From a virus (lineage: Duplodnaviria; Caudoviricetes): a stretch of DNA of 42,396 nt. The notes below the pieces were generated by a model. That model saw nothing but the letters and a program-made list of their open reading frames with translations, made no database searches and had not been told where the DNA came from. The position numbers and the translations under genes were made by a program. Below, in pieces: positions 9,934 through 18,755 of the stretch. Every line of letters starts with the position of its first letter. Position 1 is the stretch's first letter. Where the stretch lies: positions 1 to 42,396 of IMG/VR virus record IMGVR_UViG_3300029183_000433; one strand, written 5' to 3'.

Positions 9934-10169
9934 AGTTGCTCGCTCATCTTGACGTACACTTGTTCTTGTTCCATTACGAATTCGTCGTTACGAACTTCGC
10001 CGGTGAACTTATGCAGGACTGCCATCCAGGGTTTCGCCATGTCAACGTGTAGATCCGCAAACTCAATACGACTCACGTTGTTGATCGGGGAACCCGTATT
10101 GAAGTCAATGATATGGGTCTCCATAGGACGCCCGTTACTGCGAATCAAAATGGTTCGTAGTCCATCCAT
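9930..10169 (-). CDS. Hypothetical protein
   Basis: Coupled ORF (TAATG at 10169, ATGA at 9930), 79 aa. Confidence 0.65.
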   Translation of the reverse strand: MDGLRTILIRSNGRPMETHIIDFNTGSPINNVSRIEFADLHVDMAKPWMAVLHKFTGEVRNDEFVMEQEQVYVKMSEQL

Positions 10170-11983
10170 TAGACCCACTCTGCCGTAGGGGCAGCCTCTT
10201 TCGTCGTTGTCATACCGGCGACCTTTGCTCGTACCTTTTGTCTTGCAGAATGAACGTTCTGCTGTTGGTTACCAAGCTTCACGAAGTGCTGCAAAAGCTG
10301 TTCACGAGCCACGCCACGCTGGAGATGTTCCATCCACACTTTGGCACCCTCAGTATCAACTCGATCATACTTGAGGATCTCAGTGTATAGCCACTCAATG
10401 AAGCCATCGTCATCAAGGCCGCCAGGAATCGGTCGTGCGGCAACGTCTTCCACGACTTCAATCGGCGAGTCCCAAGTATGCGTACGCGGCTTCGGCTTTA
10501 CTTTGTCAAGCACGAACTCCCAACGCTTGATCAACTCATCCCAGTTGTAGTTTGTTTCGGCACACTGACGTGCCTCGACAGACATAGACTGACGACGCTC
10601 ATCGTCAACAATAATGTCCCGCATCTTACGAGCCATATCCTCAATGCTCGGATGAGCACGCTTACAAGAGGTCTCCGGCTCGTAGTAGAAGCTACGAATA
10701 TCGATCGTCTCTCCACCGTGATGACAAGTGTAGTTGTCCAGCTCTCCCTGGAGGTGCTTGTATTCTCTAGGAAGACGCCCTTTCTCTGACATAGCGGTGT
10801 AGTCAGTCACAAGCGTCGGCACACCACACGCCTTGGCCTCCTGAATGGGCATGCCGTCGCCTTCACAGATAGAGCATTGTACGTATAGATCCATCGTGTT
10901 GTAGACCTTGGACAGTTCTTCGCGTGTGAAGCCTTGTCCTGTAGTCGGCGGCGTACCAGTAGTCTGCCCACAGTGAGGGCACGGCAGGAAGACCGCGTTA
11001 CGAATCTGCTTACCACCAATCTCTCTGTTTTGGATAGGTTGATTCCACAGACTCATCGCCCATCCCACGAAACGCTCGCCACAGTCCGGGTTATGGCACA
11101 TGAACGTTTGCAGAACATCCGACTTGATACCCTTGTACGCATAAGGCATCCGATCACCAGTGTCTTCTGCGATACGCTTGATGTGACGCGGGTAGTCGTA
11201 CGAATGAGCGTTGTCGGGCCAACACGAATGGATCATCAAGACAGCCTTTTGAACCGCCGCATCATCCGTGTAGGTCGTCTTCATGCACGCGAAAGCGTCA
11301 ATTAGATCCGGATACAGCTTCCGACTCTGGTTACGCATAACCGTACCGATGACGGGGATGTCGGGCTTGATACTTGAAAAGTGACGGCTTCCATCTTTGT
11401 CCGGAGAGAACGTCTCCAGATCAACGCCCGGCCGCATCGGTGTCGGGAAGATACGTGCTCTCGTGCTTTGGCTTTTGAGCACATCGATCCCGTAGTCAGA
11501 ATACGTCAACACCATGTCGGCGTTCTCGTACGTCTGCATCCACTCCTCTTGCTGGGGCTCCGCATCGACGGTCGGCATCACAACCCACTTGAACCAATCA
11601 CGGAAACAGCTACGCTCCTGGAACTCAAGCATCCACCAGTCACGAATGTCAATCACGATATCCGGCTGGAACTCGGCACACACCTCGTCGAAACGCCACT
11701 CACCAAACTGATTGGTGGGCTGACCCTTGGTCCTCGGGTGCGTGGGCACACCGAAGCGTTGCCAATTCTCTTGGTCATTCGGTAGGGGCTGTCCACCATA
11801 GAACTTCCACCGACCATCAATGAACTCCTGAACGCCCGGATGGCTATCGTCAGCGTAACTGCCTAGTTCAGCAAGCTCGTACTTACCCGTAGCATGCAAA
11901 CGCGAGAGCAGTTCGCGGTAGTACGTGGCAAAGCCAGTAGAAAGAAAGGAGGCTTCGCCAACGAATAGAATACGCTTCTTCAT
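10169..11983 (-). CDS. Glycosyltransferase family 4 with Zn-ribbon insertion and C-terminal DUF4214-like domain
   Basis: ILFVGEASFLSTGFATY, IGTVMRNQSRK, CEGDGMPIQEAKACGVP; insert CHNPDC...CPHC; C-terminal FIEWLYTEILKYDRVDTEGAKVWMEHL. Confidence 0.9.
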   Translation of the reverse strand: MKKRILFVGEASFLSTGFATYYRELLSRLHATGKYELAELGSYADDSHPGVQEFIDGRWKFYGGQPLPNDQENWQRFGVPTHPRTKGQPTNQFGEWRFDEVCAEFQPDIVIDIRDWWMLEFQERSCFRDWFKWVVMPTVDAEPQQEEWMQTYENADMVLTYSDYGIDVLKSQSTRARIFPTPMRPGVDLETFSPDKDGSRHFSSIKPDIPVIGTVMRNQSRKLYPDLIDAFACMKTTYTDDAAVQKAVLMIHSCWPDNAHSYDYPRHIKRIAEDTGDRMPYAYKGIKSDVLQTFMCHNPDCGERFVGWAMSLWNQPIQNREIGGKQIRNAVFLPCPHCGQTTGTPPTTGQGFTREELSKVYNTMDLYVQCSICEGDGMPIQEAKACGVPTLVTDYTAMSEKGRLPREYKHLQGELDNYTCHHGGETIDIRSFYYEPETSCKRAHPSIEDMARKMRDIIVDDERRQSMSVEARQCAETNYNWDELIKRWEFVLDKVKPKPRTHTWDSPIEVVEDVAARPIPGGLDDDGFIEWLYTEILKYDRVDTEGAKVWMEHLQRGVAREQLLQHFVKLGNQQQNVHSARQKVRAKVAGMTTTKEAAPTAEWV

Positions 11984-12624
11984 TGCAGCAGTTCGTACAG
12001 CCTTGTCTTGAGTTGTCCTTGGACTCTCTGAAAATGCCTGCGAGAGACACTGTGCCTCTCCATGATCATCTCAGGCGTGGCTGTACCTAGCCAGCGTTCG
12101 TAGATGATACTGTGTTCTAGTGGTGTAGTCTCTAGTTGAGCAAGTAGACGCATAATAGCGTCCTCTGTGACAAACTCGTCACCGTCTACTAGCGACTCTG
12201 AAAGCTCGCTCGCGTGTCTCTTTTGGTAGAGAAAGCGTAAAGCACGTACGTACTCTTCACTGCACTCAAACCTCACTCGATTTCTGGAAAGAGAAGAAGC
12301 TATCTGTGCGTCGTCCTGGCCATCCTCGTGAAGGCGGCCAACTTCGGCGGCCAACGAGGTGATGACGTGGTCCGCAATCGTCATCGGACCGATGAAGCGG
12401 GCGGCTTCGTCGTAGATCGCGTTGCGTACAGCTTTACGAACATGCGTCCGCATACTCGCCCCGTACGAACTGTCATACGACTGGATGGCTTTCATGGCGG
12501 CGATACGGCCAACCTGCATGAGGTCCGAGCGGTCTGAAACTGCCGAACTGGTAATGGCCGAATTCGCGATAGACCGGATGAGCTGATCGTACTGCTCTAG
12601 CGTCTCCTCAATTCCGGTCATCAT
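11980..12624 (-). CDS. Sigma-70 family RNA polymerase sigma factor (alternative, FliA/SigF-like)
   Basis: Region 2: YDQLIRSIA...DLMQVGRIAAMKAIQSYDSSYGASMRTHVRKAVRNAI; C-terminal degenerate region 4 HTH. Confidence 0.85.
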   Translation of the reverse strand: MMTGIEETLEQYDQLIRSIANSAITSSAVSDRSDLMQVGRIAAMKAIQSYDSSYGASMRTHVRKAVRNAIYDEAARFIGPMTIADHVITSLAAEVGRLHEDGQDDAQIASSLSRNRVRFECSEEYVRALRFLYQKRHASELSESLVDGDEFVTEDAIMRLLAQLETTPLEHSIIYERWLGTATPEMIMERHSVSRRHFQRVQGQLKTRLYELLQ

Positions 12625-12976
12625 TCTTCTTCCGCCTATCCATCACAGTGAGGATTCCATTCGGGTGTCCAACCCGAACGACCTCTCCCTTACCCTCGCT
12701 CTGTGTGTCGTCATCCATTGTCCCGACCGCGACAATCAGGCGACCCTTGAGGCCGTCGCTTTTCTGACAGTCTGCAATGTAGTTCGCGAAGCGACCCCAG
12801 GCCACTACTTTGCGATATACAGGCTTAGTCTCATTCCTACCGTCGGCATACTTGACGGGCAGATTGCATGCAACTGTAAAGACGGCTCGCGAAACGTTGT
12901 CGGCATCGTCAATGTTGTACAGCTTAGCCTCAGCCGTAGCACGTCCCATCATATGGACGTTGGCGTAGTCAACCAT
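12608..12976 (-). CDS. ssb: Single-stranded DNA-binding protein
   Basis: NVHMMGRAT, FTVACN, KVVAWGRFA, LKGRLIVAVGTM OB-fold pattern; replication gene context. Confidence 0.82.
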   Translation of the reverse strand: MVDYANVHMMGRATAEAKLYNIDDADNVSRAVFTVACNLPVKYADGRNETKPVYRKVVAWGRFANYIADCQKSDGLKGRLIVAVGTMDDDTQSEGKGEVVRVGHPNGILTVMDRRKKNDDRN

Positions 12977-13205
12977 CTTCTCCCTCGGTCTCCGCCGTTA
13001 CCTCTGCTTCTCTTTCAAGCAGCACAACCGGCAGGACTAACGGGGGCACGATACGCCAGCCCTCGGCACCTTCTGCGTTCAAGAACTCTTCCAGTTTCGC
13101 GTCCAACGGGGCTCGATCTTTGGCTGCAAGAGGAACGCCAATCAGAACCATTTCTTCGTCAGTAAACGGCACCGTGACGTGCTTATACTCGTACTGTTTC
13201 GTCAT
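12969..13205 (-). CDS. DUF4177-like small protein
   Basis: QYEYKHV...LEEFLNAEGAEGWRIV...LLERE pattern. Confidence 0.7.
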   Translation of the reverse strand: MTKQYEYKHVTVPFTDEEMVLIGVPLAAKDRAPLDAKLEEFLNAEGAEGWRIVPPLVLPVVLLEREAEVTAETEGEDG

Positions 13206-16200
13206 ACCAACCTCTGTAGCTCGTTAGCCAGAACAGAGCCACGCTCATCGACACTACCAATGACCTTCAATACCGCACCGTCTTCAAGTAGCCTACCGGC
13301 TTGTTCGAATAGTCTGGGAAAGACGACGATGTTGTCTAGCTGATATGTCGAGTCGCTGCCCGTAACAAACGCCATGGGCTGTCGTCTCTTCTTCGTCAGG
13401 ATCTCTCGGAAGCCATCGATTTCAACAGCGATCTCGATGGGCATACCGTCGTAACCGTCACGAACCACGTCGCGACACTTGTTTCGTACACGGAATCCAT
13501 CGGCTCGACTGCCGCTCAATCCCAAGCCCAGATACTCTTTTTCCCACTTGATCTTATCCGACATTCGATCGAGCACGTCACCAGCATCGTATTCAGCTAG
13601 CTTGCCTCGAATCTTCTCACGTTGAGCGACGTTCGCGAGCGTGATGCCGAACCTTTCTTTGATAGCCTCAAACTTGTCTTCGTCAACCGCCCCACGCAAA
13701 ACACGGATCCAGTCGTGCCCAAACGTCTGTGCCGTGTACAGACCCCAAAGCTTCTCCCGCTGCTTCGGAGTCAGACTCATTAGCAGTTTGTACTGTGCAT
13801 AAGCACGTACACGCTGCACCCCAAAGTCGTCGAATGCACCGGACAGAATGAGTGCCCTGACCACTGCGGAATTCACTTTGTGGGTATCACTGAAAAGCGA
13901 CCACAACACCATCTCGAATGACTCGGGTGACGGGTCTCCTGCTACCTCAGACAAAGCCACAACAGACGTGATCGCGGCAGCACCCACACCCTTGAGAGCT
14001 GTCAGACCAAACGCGATCTGCTTGTCGCCGACTACGTCGAACGTCTTGTTTCCAGCACTCACACGAGGCGGAACTACTTCGATGTCGAATAGCTTGGCGT
14101 CAAACACTAGCGACTTGGTCTCGTCCGCATCTCCGGCATGACGCAGTTTAGCACAGAGGAACTCCGTGGGGTAGTGAGCCTTCATGTACGCCGTCTCATA
14201 CGACAGCAGACCATAGCCCACACCGTGCGACTTGTTGAAGCCATATCCCGCGAAGGTCACGATGAATGACCAAATCTCGTCAGCGGTCTCCTCTGCGATC
14301 TGAGCATGGCTGGCACAACCTTCAATGAAGACCTCACGCCATCGAGCCATCTCCTCCGGCTTCTTCTTACCCATCGCCTTTCGTACCTTGTCGGCGTCGA
14401 TCAGCGTCATACCGGCAAGATCACGACAGATCTGGATAACCTGTTCCTGGTACAAACACGCAGACTTGGTGGGACCAAGAATCGGTTCAAGTAGCGGATG
14501 GATGTATGAAGGATCAGCAGAGCCGTCTTTCACGTCTCGGTACTGATCGCCCATGCCACTGTCTAGCGGTCCCGGACGGATCAGAGATACGAGGTCACTA
14601 ATCTCGTCAATGCTCTCTGGCTTTAGAGCCTTGCTCCACGACTTACCAAGCTGCTTCTCAAGCTGGAAAACGCCAGTGTTCAGTCCTCGCGACAGAATAC
14701 CGAAAGCTTCTTGATCATCAAGCGGCATCGTCTCACGAGAGACCGCTTCACCTCCACGCGAATCGACTAGGTCCATCGTGACCTGAATGTCATCTAGGTT
14801 GGTCAAACCGAGCATATCGAGCTTGAGCAGAGACAAAGTATCAACCGTCTCCATGTCCCAGGCGAACAGAGTGTTGTCGCCCTTAGCCGATCTACAAAGA
14901 GGATACGAGCTTTCTTCAAACGGCACGTCAGAGATCACCACGCCTGCGGCGTGAATGCCAACACTCTTGTAGCAACCCTCTAGGGCTCGTGCGATAGCGA
15001 ACCACGCCTTGTACTTCTTCTCGTATTCGCGTAGAGCAGGCACCATCTCCAATGCTTCCTCAAGCGTGGGAGGAGCGTGATTGTTGTTCTTTGCGGGCAC
15101 AAGAGATGTAATCGTGTTAGCCGTATCGAAGTCAACGCCATATACACGGAACACGTCTTTGAGCACAGACTTGGCTTTCATTCCGCCATACGTCACGATC
15201 TGTGCAACGTTACCCGCCCCGAAGCGTTCACGGATGTATGCCAGCACCTCTTGACGACGAGACTGGGGAACGTCAGTATCGATATCCGGCAAGCCTCCCC
15301 GTCCTTTGTTCAGGAAACGCTCCCAGATCAGGCCGTACTCAAGCGGATCCATTGTTGTGATACCGAGCACGTAACTAACTAGACTACCGCCCGCAGATCC
15401 ACGACCGTGACCGAGCAACATGCCCGCTCGCTTACACCAGTCAACCACGTCATGTACGATGAGGAAATAATCCGCGAACCCCATGTCGCGAATATCCGCC
15501 AGCTCGCGATTCATGCGATCACGATAGCTCTCGTCACCCTGATATTTCTTGTCCGCCAGACCAAGCCTCTCATAGCCTTCGCGACACAAGACTCCCAGGT
15601 GTTCCATCGCAGTCCGCTCACCAGGAACAAACTTGTACTTGGGTAGACGACGCTTCTTGAGATCGATCTCGACATTGCATCGCTCAGCAATCTCAACCGT
15701 AGCGTCCAGCTCCTCCGGCAGAAGATTGGTGGACTCCATGTCTTCACGAGACGATAGATAGAATCGCTCACTAGTGAAGTCTGTAGACGTAGAACGATTG
15801 AACTCGGAAGGGTTCATCGCCAACAAAGTTCTATGTGCCTCCGCATCGGACGGAGTGACATAGTGAACGTTCGTCGTCGCAACTGTGCGTAGACCGTACT
15901 TCCTGGCCAGGTCACGCATCCCCTCGTTCATCTGTTCTTCGTGACGTTGACCAGTATCTTGAACATCCAAGAACAGGTGATCGTCGCCAAACAGTCGCTT
16001 GAAACGACGGACAAGAGCAGCCGCCTTGACGGTGGCACGAGGATCAGTGATGCCACCGTCAACAGTTGTTTTGTCGTACGTGTAATACGAGACAATGCCG
16101 TCCGGTCCGCCCACGAGTGCAATCACGCCCTCGGTACGACCTTCAAGCATCTCGAAGTCCACGCGGGGCTTGTAGAAGAAGTTGTCCGGGGTATTCGAGT

Positions 16201-16516
16201 CAGACACGATACGGACGATGTTACGCCATCCCATATCGTTCTCAGCCAACAGGGTAAGGTGCCTGACCTGACGAATCTTTTGCTCTCTGTACTCGTCGTT
16301 ATCCTCTGTAAAGAAGACTTCCACGCCCAGGATTGGCTTCACACCAGCCGTCGTCGCAGCACGGTAGAAGTTGACGGCATTGGAGACGTTGCCGTAGTCG
16401 GTGAGGGCCACGGCGGGCTGGCCCATCTTGGCCGCCCGTTCTACGATTGCATCCGGCTGACTCGATGCGTGAAGGAGAGATGCGTGGCTACGTACATTCA
16501 GGTGGACAAAGGTCAT
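13202..16516 (-). CDS. dnaE: DNA polymerase III alpha subunit (family C)
   Basis: Start reassigned to 16516 (MTFVHL, TGATG overlap). PHP domain, KPILGVE, YFLIVHD, GRGSAGGSLV, WERFLN, PDIDTD, GIHAAGVVI, LKLDMLGL, GVFQLE, YGFNKSH, C-terminal OB fold; no intein. Confidence 0.97.
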   Translation of the reverse strand: MTFVHLNVRSHASLLHASSQPDAIVERAAKMGQPAVALTDYGNVSNAVNFYRAATTAGVKPILGVEVFFTEDNDEYREQKIRQVRHLTLLAENDMGWRNIVRIVSDSNTPDNFFYKPRVDFEMLEGRTEGVIALVGGPDGIVSYYTYDKTTVDGGITDPRATVKAAALVRRFKRLFGDDHLFLDVQDTGQRHEEQMNEGMRDLARKYGLRTVATTNVHYVTPSDAEAHRTLLAMNPSEFNRSTSTDFTSERFYLSSREDMESTNLLPEELDATVEIAERCNVEIDLKKRRLPKYKFVPGERTAMEHLGVLCREGYERLGLADKKYQGDESYRDRMNRELADIRDMGFADYFLIVHDVVDWCKRAGMLLGHGRGSAGGSLVSYVLGITTMDPLEYGLIWERFLNKGRGGLPDIDTDVPQSRRQEVLAYIRERFGAGNVAQIVTYGGMKAKSVLKDVFRVYGVDFDTANTITSLVPAKNNNHAPPTLEEALEMVPALREYEKKYKAWFAIARALEGCYKSVGIHAAGVVISDVPFEESSYPLCRSAKGDNTLFAWDMETVDTLSLLKLDMLGLTNLDDIQVTMDLVDSRGGEAVSRETMPLDDQEAFGILSRGLNTGVFQLEKQLGKSWSKALKPESIDEISDLVSLIRPGPLDSGMGDQYRDVKDGSADPSYIHPLLEPILGPTKSACLYQEQVIQICRDLAGMTLIDADKVRKAMGKKKPEEMARWREVFIEGCASHAQIAEETADEIWSFIVTFAGYGFNKSHGVGYGLLSYETAYMKAHYPTEFLCAKLRHAGDADETKSLVFDAKLFDIEVVPPRVSAGNKTFDVVGDKQIAFGLTALKGVGAAAITSVVALSEVAGDPSPESFEMVLWSLFSDTHKVNSAVVRALILSGAFDDFGVQRVRAYAQYKLLMSLTPKQREKLWGLYTAQTFGHDWIRVLRGAVDEDKFEAIKERFGITLANVAQREKIRGKLAEYDAGDVLDRMSDKIKWEKEYLGLGLSGSRADGFRVRNKCRDVVRDGYDGMPIEIAVEIDGFREILTKKRRQPMAFVTGSDSTYQLDNIVVFPRLFEQAGRLLEDGAVLKVIGSVDERGSVLANELQRLV

Positions 16517-17217
16517 CAGTCGTATTCTTGTCGTGATCCTCGTAGGGCCTGACCCTTGCTCAGCTTCTCGTCGGACCGCGTGTCCGTGGGACGCTTGAGA
16601 ATCTCGCCCTGTGCCTCGGTTTGTCGTTTCTTGCGGATATCGTTTAGTCGTCGTTTGTTTCGCTTGCCAAACTCCGTCTCGACAAACCGGGCGTCTTCTC
16701 GTCCGCCTTCTCGGAAAGTCTCGACATGAGAGTCCTTCGCTTCCACGCAATCGTGCTTATCCCAGATGTCGCCCACACGAGTTCGAGTCTTGATCCCGAC
16801 ACTGTTGGGGTAGTCTAGAACGGCATCGTCTACTGGTTTCAGTTTGCAGGAACATTTTCTACGTCGCCCAGCTTTGTTGACCACAGAATGCCTGCATCTG
16901 ATTATACCATCCTCAATCCACCTAGGCACATCTTGGGGCATACCTTCGATGTTCTCGTAGTCTTCACCCCAGGTGACGTTGATCATCCCGTTAGTGAACG
17001 GGGAGAAAGATGTGACATGCCCGTGCTTGCATGCATACCTCTTCTCGTTAGTGATGTTGTTCTCCTCTGGCTCGAAAGGTGAGAGGCGAACATTCTCCGG
17101 CTTACAGTGCGGACACACCCGCTTACCTTTCTCACACAACCGGAGAAAGCCAGCGGGACGGGGAACGTCGATCGCCAGCTCATGACCATTGTCGCACTTG
17201 ACATTGACGATTGCCAT
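16516..17217 (-). CDS. Multi zinc-finger hypothetical protein
   Basis: CDNGH, CPHC, CKHGH, CRH, CSC motifs; basic C-terminus. Confidence 0.75.
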   Translation of the reverse strand: MAIVNVKCDNGHELAIDVPRPAGFLRLCEKGKRVCPHCKPENVRLSPFEPEENNITNEKRYACKHGHVTSFSPFTNGMINVTWGEDYENIEGMPQDVPRWIEDGIIRCRHSVVNKAGRRRKCSCKLKPVDDAVLDYPNSVGIKTRTRVGDIWDKHDCVEAKDSHVETFREGGREDARFVETEFGKRNKRRLNDIRKKRQTEAQGEILKRPTDTRSDEKLSKGQALRGSRQEYD

Positions 17218-17219
17218 TC

Positions 17220-17804
17220 TCAGTCGGTCCCCTCTTTCTGGTTCCAGATGTGGTCAATCAGACCCCACTCTTGTGCATCTTCGGCGGTGAAGAAACAATC
17301 ACCCACAGCCTCACACTTCCTTTTCCAGAAAGCGGCGTCCTTCTTCGTGTGCGACTCCATCAGCTCATACCAGCGTTTGGCCATGATGTCATTGTGCTTG
17401 ATTGCCTTTTTGACTTCATCAACACGAGCAGACCCGAATTCATCCCAGCTCTGATGAATCATGAAAAAGGTGTTGGGGGTCGCCCAGCGGTCGCCAGGGT
17501 CTCCGGCGGCTACTAGCAGCGGTGCGGCACTCATGCACTTACCGATAGCGATTGTCCGAATGGGACTCTCCAACGTTTTCATAACGTCGTACAACGCCCA
17601 CATCTCGTACTCACTACCGCCGAACGACCCTACGAACACCTCGATCGGCTTCTCTGTGTTCTCGTTCTCCATCAGGTAGAGCCCCTTGATCGCCGCACCA
17701 ATCGACTCCGCGTCGATATCGTGTGTCAGGAACACGCGACGGTTACCAACATCAATGCCGTACTCGAAGTACGCCTCTACCCAGTCTTTGGAGATCTTGA
17801 CCAT
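17220..17804 (-). CDS. clpP: ClpP-family serine protease
   Basis: RRVFL, GSFGG, GKCMSAA (Ser), FMIHQ (His), DCFFTAEDAQEWGLID (Asp); start at 17804 from TGATG overlap. Confidence 0.93.
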   Translation of the reverse strand: MVKISKDWVEAYFEYGIDVGNRRVFLTHDIDAESIGAAIKGLYLMENENTEKPIEVFVGSFGGSEYEMWALYDVMKTLESPIRTIAIGKCMSAAPLLVAAGDPGDRWATPNTFFMIHQSWDEFGSARVDEVKKAIKHNDIMAKRWYELMESHTKKDAAFWKRKCEAVGDCFFTAEDAQEWGLIDHIWNQKEGTD

Positions 17805-18754
17805 CAGTCTGCTACCGTGAACTTGCCTTTCCACTCGTCTTTGCAAACTTCCTTGTCGCAAAGCGATTTGCATTTCCAGTAGGTCTCCGGATCACGAACG
17901 CATCGGTAGATCTCATGAGCACCTTGGATCTCGCGGACCTTCTTGACCAACTTGACCTCGGTCTCAAGATCCTCGTCCTCTGAGAATCCTAGCGTTACCG
18001 GCTTACCCTGGAAATAGTCGAATGTTAGGATGACGTTATCGAAGTCAAACCCTAGATCGAGAATGTCATCGATGAAAATACGTCGCGATGCCAGTGAGTA
18101 AGTCCGTACCTGGATATCATCGTAGCACTGTCCGTAGTCCTGTGTCCAGACTCCGGTTTTATAGTCAATGATCTCTACAGTCTTCCTCTCCGGATAGGCA
18201 ATTGCCAAGTCCATCACGCCGATAACGTCAACATCGACACCCGGTAGCGGCATACTGAATTCATATTCTGTGCCGATAATTCGGCCGCCCTTGTCCCTCA
18301 GGAGAGCGGGCCAGATATCCCTATACCGATCGATCGTGTCTCGCATCATCTCGATGGAGAACTGAAAAAGGTCGCGAGGACATCCAGATAGGTCGTCAAG
18401 CTTCTCCCGGTTGATCGTGCAGAGCCCGTCTTGAGCATACGGACACGAACTACAGTGAGGCTGCTTCTCCGCGTAGTCCTTAGGTTTGGCCCAAATCAAC
18501 GGAGACTCCATCGTAACCGGATTCTGGTAGTAGTCCAGGGTCTCCAAGGTCCCACCATACCCCTCGTAGAGGCGACGCATCCAATCGGTGTCTTCCTCGT
18601 TGGCGTAGTTCTCAAGGATGTCGTGAATCAGAGAACCGTGTGCGGCTCCCCAGTTCGACTTGAGCTTGCGGTCAGTATGGTAAGTAAGCCAATACTTGAA
18701 GCGACACTGGTCCCAAGTCTTGATGCGGCTCGGACTGATTCGTTTGAGTTTCAT
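17804..18754 (-). CDS. PD-(D/E)XK nuclease, Cas4/AddB-like with Fe-S ligands
   Basis: ISPSRIKTWDQCRFKY, GSLIHDILE, GVMD, IIDYKTG, QVRTY, C-terminal CKSLCDKEVC. Confidence 0.9.
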   Translation of the reverse strand: MKLKRISPSRIKTWDQCRFKYWLTYHTDRKLKSNWGAAHGSLIHDILENYANEEDTDWMRRLYEGYGGTLETLDYYQNPVTMESPLIWAKPKDYAEKQPHCSSCPYAQDGLCTINREKLDDLSGCPRDLFQFSIEMMRDTIDRYRDIWPALLRDKGGRIIGTEYEFSMPLPGVDVDVIGVMDLAIAYPERKTVEIIDYKTGVWTQDYGQCYDDIQVRTYSLASRRIFIDDILDLGFDFDNVILTFDYFQGKPVTLGFSEDEDLETEVKLVKKVREIQGAHEIYRCVRDPETYWKCKSLCDKEVCKDEWKGKFTVAD

Positions 18755-18755
18755 G

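Noticed and set aside
18-11983. GTs as T4-like DNA glucosylation enzymes
   Set aside because: Not favoured but not excluded. No hydroxymethylase, TET/JBP or thymidylate-synthase homolog is in the window, and the number and diversity of GTs fits a complex glycan better.
16517-16750. N-terminal extension of DnaE in the ORF track (similarly for ClpP 17805..17873 and 35602..35682)
   Set aside because: These overlap upstream genes or a terminator; the true starts are indicated by stop/start overlaps or an RBS.
17804-18754. Cas4-like gene as evidence of a CRISPR-Cas system
   Set aside because: No array or other cas genes are seen; solo Cas4-like nucleases are common in phage replication modules.
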